From: Myxococcota bacterium
GTDB taxonomy: Bacteria; Myxococcota_A; UBA9160; SZUA-336
Length of the DNA stretch: 64,000 nt
Assembly (NCBI GenBank): GCA_035498015.1
Contig: DATKAO010000090.1
Span: forward strand, 4,827-68,826
Direction of reading: 5' to 3'
Positions 58,616 through 64,000 of the stretch are shown piece after piece (within the stretch, counting starts at the first letter, position 1; every line of letters starts with the position of its first letter). A model generated the notes under the pieces. That model was not told where the DNA came from. It did no database searches and saw only the letters and a program-made list of their open reading frames with translations. The position numbers and the translations under genes are program-made.

Positions 58616-59796
58616 ACCGGGCGCAGCGTGTTCAGCTCACGCGTGTTCTCGCGCAGGATGCGCCGCTTCGCGGCCGGGTCGAACTTCTCGAGCTCGGCGA
58701 GGTAGTCGAGCGGCTGCGGCATGCCCTCGATGTGCGGCCAGTCACTGCCGAAGATCACGCGCTCGGGGCCCATCAGCGCGCTGATCTCGTTCACGTCGTC
58801 CTCCCAGAACGGGTTGATCCAGACGTGGCGCCGGAAGGTCTCGCCCGGGTCCTCCTTGAAGTAGCCGGGCGTCTTCTTCGCGGTCTGGCGCAGCTTCTTG
58901 AACAGGTCGGCGAGATAGTCGGAGCCGTTCTCGACCGACGCGATGCGCAGGTTCGGGAAGCGGTCGAAGAGCTTCTCGAACACCAGCGTGATCAGGAAGT
59001 CGTGCGCGGCGCGCTCGATGTTGAACGACTTGATCGAGGGCTTCCAGCCGCCGCCGTCGAAGCTGGCGCCGAAGCCGTCGCGCGCATAGCCGTTCGAGCT
59101 GTAGCCGCTGTCTCCCGCGTGGACCACGACCGTGATTCCTGCCTCGTTCACGCGCGCCCAGAAGCCGTCGAAGAGTGAGTCGGCCGGCGAGCGCGGACCG
59201 TTCGCGGTCCAGGCCGGCGCGGGCCGCATGCACACCACGCGCGCGCCGCGCGCGAGCGACCACTCGAGCTCGCGCAGCGCCATCTCCGGGCTGCACATCG
59301 GGATGTACGGTGCGGCGAAGATGCGGTCGCGGTAGCTCACACCCCAGTCCTCGTCGAGCCACTGGTTGAAGGCGCGGAAGGTGAGTGCGACCGCCTCCGT
59401 GTCGCGCTTCAACAGCTCTTCGTACAGCACCCCGAGCGTCGGAAACAGCCAGACCGACTCCAGGCCCTGGCGGTCCATCACGGAGATACGCGCGTCGCGC
59501 TCGCGGTACGCCGCCGGAATGGGCTCGCGTTCGCGCAGGAACTCGATCGGTGACTTGCCGTTCGGGTTGCCGCGGAAGTACTCGTGCATCGCTCCGGGCT
59601 TGGCGATCGGGTTGAAGGTCGGGTTGGTGACGGCGTGCGAGACCACGCCGCCCACCACGTGGTACTTGCGCCCGCCGATCTCGGCCCACTGCACGCAGCG
59701 GGGTCCGAGCCGCGGGTCGAGGTGGCGGGTGAACGCGTCGAGCGCCTCGTAGTAGTGGTTGTCGCAGTCGAAGACCGGGTGGTCGAGTTTCTCCAT
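58612..59796 (-). CDS. Amidohydrolase_2 family metal-dependent hydrolase
   Basis: DCDNHYYE, VVHAG, SVENG and FGSDWPH. Confidence 0.9.
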   Translation of the reverse strand: MEKLDHPVFDCDNHYYEALDAFTRHLDPRLGPRCVQWAEIGGRKYHVVGGVVSHAVTNPTFNPIAKPGAMHEYFRGNPNGKSPIEFLREREPIPAAYRERDARISVMDRQGLESVWLFPTLGVLYEELLKRDTEAVALTFRAFNQWLDEDWGVSYRDRIFAAPYIPMCSPEMALRELEWSLARGARVVCMRPAPAWTANGPRSPADSLFDGFWARVNEAGITVVVHAGDSGYSSNGYARDGFGASFDGGGWKPSIKSFNIERAAHDFLITLVFEKLFDRFPNLRIASVENGSDYLADLFKKLRQTAKKTPGYFKEDPGETFRRHVWINPFWEDDVNEISALMGPERVIFGSDWPHIEGMPQPLDYLAELEKFDPAAKRRILRENTRELNTLRPV

Positions 59797-59832
59797 GGAC
59801 CCAGGATACCGCGCCGGGTGTAGGATCCGCTC

Positions 59833-60675
59833 ATGGCCACCCTCGAGAGTGAGCTTCGCGCGGCACGCAACGGCGCGCTGGACCAGAAGGGCAGCATCCA
59901 CGACGACGCCACCGCCTCGAAGCTCGGCTTCCGCGGCGGAACGGTCGCGGGCAGCGTGCACATGGACCAGTTCCCGCCGCTCCTGCTGCGCATCTTCGGC
60001 CCGCGCTTCTTCGAGAGCGGGGCGCTCTCGCTGTACTTCCAGAACGCCACCGTCGACCGCGAGCGCGTGCGCGCCTACGCCGACGAGCCCGCGGACGGAG
60101 CAACACAGATCGGTGTCGCGATGCGACGGGAAGACGGGCTCGAGGTATGCGAGGGCACGGCGTCGCTGGGCGATCACTCGCGCTCGGCGCTGCGCACGCG
60201 CGACCTGCGCGGCAGCGCCCCGGGCGAGCTGCGCATCCTCGCCGCGCTCGCGCCGGGCGGGGAGCTCGGCGTCGAGAAGGTGCGGCTCGGGAGCGAACGC
60301 CAGGCGCAGCGCATCGCGCGCGGGCTGTGCAGCGGGCCGCTCGACTGGTACACGGGGCCGTCGCCGTGGGGTGGCCCGATCGCCGCGCCCTCCGCTGCGG
60401 TCGAGCTGCTCTGGGCGCCGCCGACGCGCGCGCTGCGCGAGCACACCGGCAAGGCAGTGGGTCTGTTCGGGGCCATCGAGGTCGCGCACCTGGCGGGCCC
60501 GATCCTGCTCGATGCGACCTACACCGTGAGCGGACGCGTGCTGGCCCTGGGCCAGAGCCCGAAGACCGAGTATCTGTGGTTCGACTCGCTCGCGAAGGAC
60601 GAGCAGGGACGCGACGTGGCCTCCATGCGCATGCTGCTGCGCTTCATGAAGGCGTCGTCGCCGAGATACGACTGA
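59833..60675 (+). CDS. Double hot-dog fold (MaoC/thioesterase-like) protein
   Basis: SIHDDATASKLGFRGGTVAG (MaoC-like motif) and a second domain GLFGAIEV...GPI. Confidence 0.7.
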   Translation: MATLESELRAARNGALDQKGSIHDDATASKLGFRGGTVAGSVHMDQFPPLLLRIFGPRFFESGALSLYFQNATVDRERVRAYADEPADGATQIGVAMRREDGLEVCEGTASLGDHSRSALRTRDLRGSAPGELRILAALAPGGELGVEKVRLGSERQAQRIARGLCSGPLDWYTGPSPWGGPIAAPSAAVELLWAPPTRALREHTGKAVGLFGAIEVAHLAGPILLDATYTVSGRVLALGQSPKTEYLWFDSLAKDEQGRDVASMRMLLRFMKASSPRYD

Positions 60676-60697
60676 GCTGCGTTCGCCCGGGACCGGG

Positions 60698-61567
60698 CTA
60701 GAGCAGGCTGTCGCTGCCGAAGGTGTCGCAGGCGTTCAGGTCGCCGCTCTCGAGGCCCGCCTTGAGCCACTTCACGCGCATGGCCGAGGAGCCGTGCGTC
60801 CAGCTCTCGGGCGCAACGGCGCCGCCCGCCTGGCGCTGCAGCGTGTCGTCGCCGATCGCCGCCGCAGCGGCGAGCCCCGCCTCGACGTCACCCGGCTCGA
60901 GCCACTTGCGCTCCTGGTTCGCGCGCTTGCCCCACACGCCCGCGAGACAGTCGGCCTGCAGCTCCATGCGCACGGAGAGCTCGTTGGCGTCGGTGCGCGA
61001 GCCACGCGACTGCGCGGCCGAGACCTTCTCGGCGATGCCGAGCAGGTTCTGCACGTGGTGACCCACTTCGTGCGCGATCACGTAGGCGCGCGCGAAGTCG
61101 CCGGGCGCGCCGAAGCGGCGCTCGAGCTCGTGGAAGAACGAGAGATCGAGATACACCTGTGAGTCGTTGGGGCAGTAGAACGGTCCCACGGCCGACTGCG
61201 CCGTGCCGCACGCCGACTGGACCATGTCGCTGAACAGCACGAGCCGCGGCGGCTGGTAGCGCTTGCCGTGCTCCGAGAAGATCTCGCCCCACACGTCCTC
61301 GGTCGACGCGAGCACGACCGACGCGAACTTCCCGCCCTCGTCGCTGGGCGCGCCCATCTTGCCCGCCTCGCCCTGGCCCGGGCCCGAGGCCACGTCGGAC
61401 ACGCCCTGTGCGATCTCGAGCACCTGGCGCGGGTCGGTGCCCGTGAGCGCCGAGAACAACAGGATCAAGAGCAGGCCGCCGCCGCCGATCACCGCGCCGC
61501 CGCGTCCGATGCTCATGCCGCGGCGATCCTCGACCTGGTCCGACTCGCGTTCGCCTTCCCACTTCAT
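60698..61567 (-). CDS. Neutral zinc metallopeptidase (YpfJ family)
   Basis: VEDRRG, GPFYCP, HEVGHHVQ (HExxH), ELQADC and WTHGSS. Confidence 0.95.
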   Translation of the reverse strand: MKWEGERESDQVEDRRGMSIGRGGAVIGGGGLLLILLFSALTGTDPRQVLEIAQGVSDVASGPGQGEAGKMGAPSDEGGKFASVVLASTEDVWGEIFSEHGKRYQPPRLVLFSDMVQSACGTAQSAVGPFYCPNDSQVYLDLSFFHELERRFGAPGDFARAYVIAHEVGHHVQNLLGIAEKVSAAQSRGSRTDANELSVRMELQADCLAGVWGKRANQERKWLEPGDVEAGLAAAAAIGDDTLQRQAGGAVAPESWTHGSSAMRVKWLKAGLESGDLNACDTFGSDSLL

Positions 61568-61628
61568 GGCCGGGCCTCCTGCGAGCAAGAGTAACCTCGG
61601 CGGACGGTTTCGGGGGCGGGCGGCGATG

Positions 61629-61682
61629 GCTCCCGCTCGCCACGACAAGGAGGGCCAGCTCGATGTCGCGGTGAGCGGGAGC
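61629..61682. other. Long intergenic hairpin
   Basis: 19-bp arms at 61629-61647 and 61664-61682 with one wobble and one mismatch. Confidence 0.6.
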
Positions 61683-61757
61683 TTCCGGAGCGTCCCAGGC
61701 GCGGATGCCTCTCGTTCCGCGGCCGGGCCGTTCCGGCCCCCGCCTAACCCGGCGGAG

Positions 61758-62886
<1,129 letters not shown>

Positions 62887-62940
62887 GGCCCGCCTAGGAT
62901 AGCCCGCTACGCTGTCCCGGCGCGCCCGATCGGGGGAGGG

Positions 62941-63687
62941 ATGGCCGCAGCGCAGATCGTCGTGCCGTGCTTCAACGAGGCCGCCCGCCTGCGCGGCGAC
63001 GCCTTCCGCGCCTACTGCGCGCGCGTGCCCGACGTCGACTTCCTGTTCGTCGACGACGGCAGCACCGACGCCACGCAGGCGCGGCTGCGCGAGCTCGAGC
63101 GCGAGCTGCCGGGCCGCGTGGGCGTGCTCGTCCTCGAGCGCAACCGCGGCAAGGCCGAGGCCGTGCGCCAGGGCATGCGCGCGGCCTTCAAGTCCGGTGC
63201 GGAGCTGGTGGGCTACTGGGATGCCGACCTCGCGACCCCGCTCGACGAGATCGCGCGCTTCCGGGCCGTTCTGGCGACGCATCCCGGTGTCGGCTGGGTC
63301 ATGGGCGCGCGCGTCCAGCTGCTGGGCCGCATGGTACGGCGCAGCCCGATCCGGCACTATCTCGGCCGGATCTTCGCCACGGGAGTGTCTCTGTTTCTCG
63401 ACCTGCCGGTCTACGACACACAGTGCGGCGCGAAGCTCCTGCGCAACGAGGCGGGGCTGGCGGCGCTGTTCGACGAGCCTTTCTGCGTGAACTGGACCTT
63501 CGACGTGGAGCTGCTGGCGCGGCTGCGGCGCGCGCGCGGGCTCTCGGCGGCGAAAGACTCGCTGTACGAGCTGCCGCTCGAGCGCTGGGAGGACGTGGCG
63601 GGCTCGAAGGTCAAGGCGGGCGACTTCTTCGTGGCGTTCGGCGAGGTCGCGCGGCTGTGGCGGCGCTACGGAAGGGGGAGTGAGTGA
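62941..63687 (+). CDS. GT2 glycosyltransferase (polyprenol-phosphate hexose synthase-like)
   Basis: VVPCFNE, VDDGSTD, NRGKAEAV, YWDADLAT, DTQCGAK and FDVE. Confidence 0.9.
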   Translation: MAAAQIVVPCFNEAARLRGDAFRAYCARVPDVDFLFVDDGSTDATQARLRELERELPGRVGVLVLERNRGKAEAVRQGMRAAFKSGAELVGYWDADLATPLDEIARFRAVLATHPGVGWVMGARVQLLGRMVRRSPIRHYLGRIFATGVSLFLDLPVYDTQCGAKLLRNEAGLAALFDEPFCVNWTFDVELLARLRRARGLSAAKDSLYELPLERWEDVAGSKVKAGDFFVAFGEVARLWRRYGRGSE

Positions 63688-64000
63688 AGGCGCAGGACGA
63701 GTTCCGCGAGCCGACGCCGGCGCGCGTGCGCGAGCTGCTCGGCGCCATGGTCGGCCGGCGCGTGCTGGTCGTGGGCGACTCGGCGCTCGACGCCTACGTG
63801 GCGGGCGAGGTCGAGCGCATCTCCCCCGAGGCGCCCGTGCCGGTGCTGGCGGTCGAGCGCGAGGAGTATCTCTTGGGCGGCGCCGCCAACGTCGCCAAGT
63901 GTCTCGTGGCGCTGGGCGCAAAGCCCGGGCTGTGCACCGTGGTCGGCGCCGACGCCGACGGCGAGCTGTTCCGCAACGAGGCCGAGAGCCTGGGCATTCC
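63684..64000 (+). CDS. hldE: D-glycero-beta-D-manno-heptose 7-phosphate kinase (HldE/RfaE1 domain), partial
   Basis: Manual translation: RVLVVGDSALDAYVAGEVERISPEAPVPV...LGGAANVA; runs off the window end. Confidence 0.9.
   Translation, partial: MKAQDEFREPTPARVRELLGAMVGRRVLVVGDSALDAYVAGEVERISPEAPVPVLAVEREEYLLGGAANVAKCLVALGAKPGLCTVVGADADGELFRNEAESLGI

Noticed and set aside
57417-61753. Stretch lacking GTGACTC/GAGTCAC 7-mers, considered as possible foreign DNA (also the roxA gene)
   Set aside because: Only about 4 copies are expected here (about 2 in roxA), related words are still present, and GC content and codon style look unchanged; not convincing without statistics.

Overview
A 64 kb, high-GC (about 70% by inspection), very gene-dense bacterial chromosomal segment. 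Gene content (RoxA-like cytochrome, ECF42/DGPF pair, many CoA and lipid catabolic enzymes, P450, amidohydrolases) suggests a Myxococcota/deltaproteobacterial organism; this is inference. About 67 CDS are supported, and I saw no rRNA, tRNA, CRISPR array, transposase or integrase. The most striking non-gene signal is a window-wide, highly iterated interrupted palindrome, GAGT(C/G)ACTC. By eye there are 11 perfect 9-mers and about 55 GTGACTC/GAGTCAC 7-mers, versus roughly 0.3 and 6.5 expected at 70% GC. It sits mostly inside coding sequence, and the related palindrome TGA(C/G)TCA forms the double-stop junction of 4 of 16 convergent gene pairs. This resembles an analogue of cyanobacterial HIP1. 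Other highlights: a >1060-aa secreted protein built of 333-aa three-domain repeats; a rubber-oxygenase RoxA-like diheme cytochrome with a divergent TetR gene and a palindromic operator; a divergent acyltransferase/GNAT pair resembling a split OlsF aminolipid synthase; an operon linking an uncharacterised paralogous protein to two membrane histidine kinases and a P450; a sigma-54 promoter upstream of a P-II gene; and several intergenic palindromic elements. Start codons were chosen by eye; all product calls come from motif recognition, not database searches.
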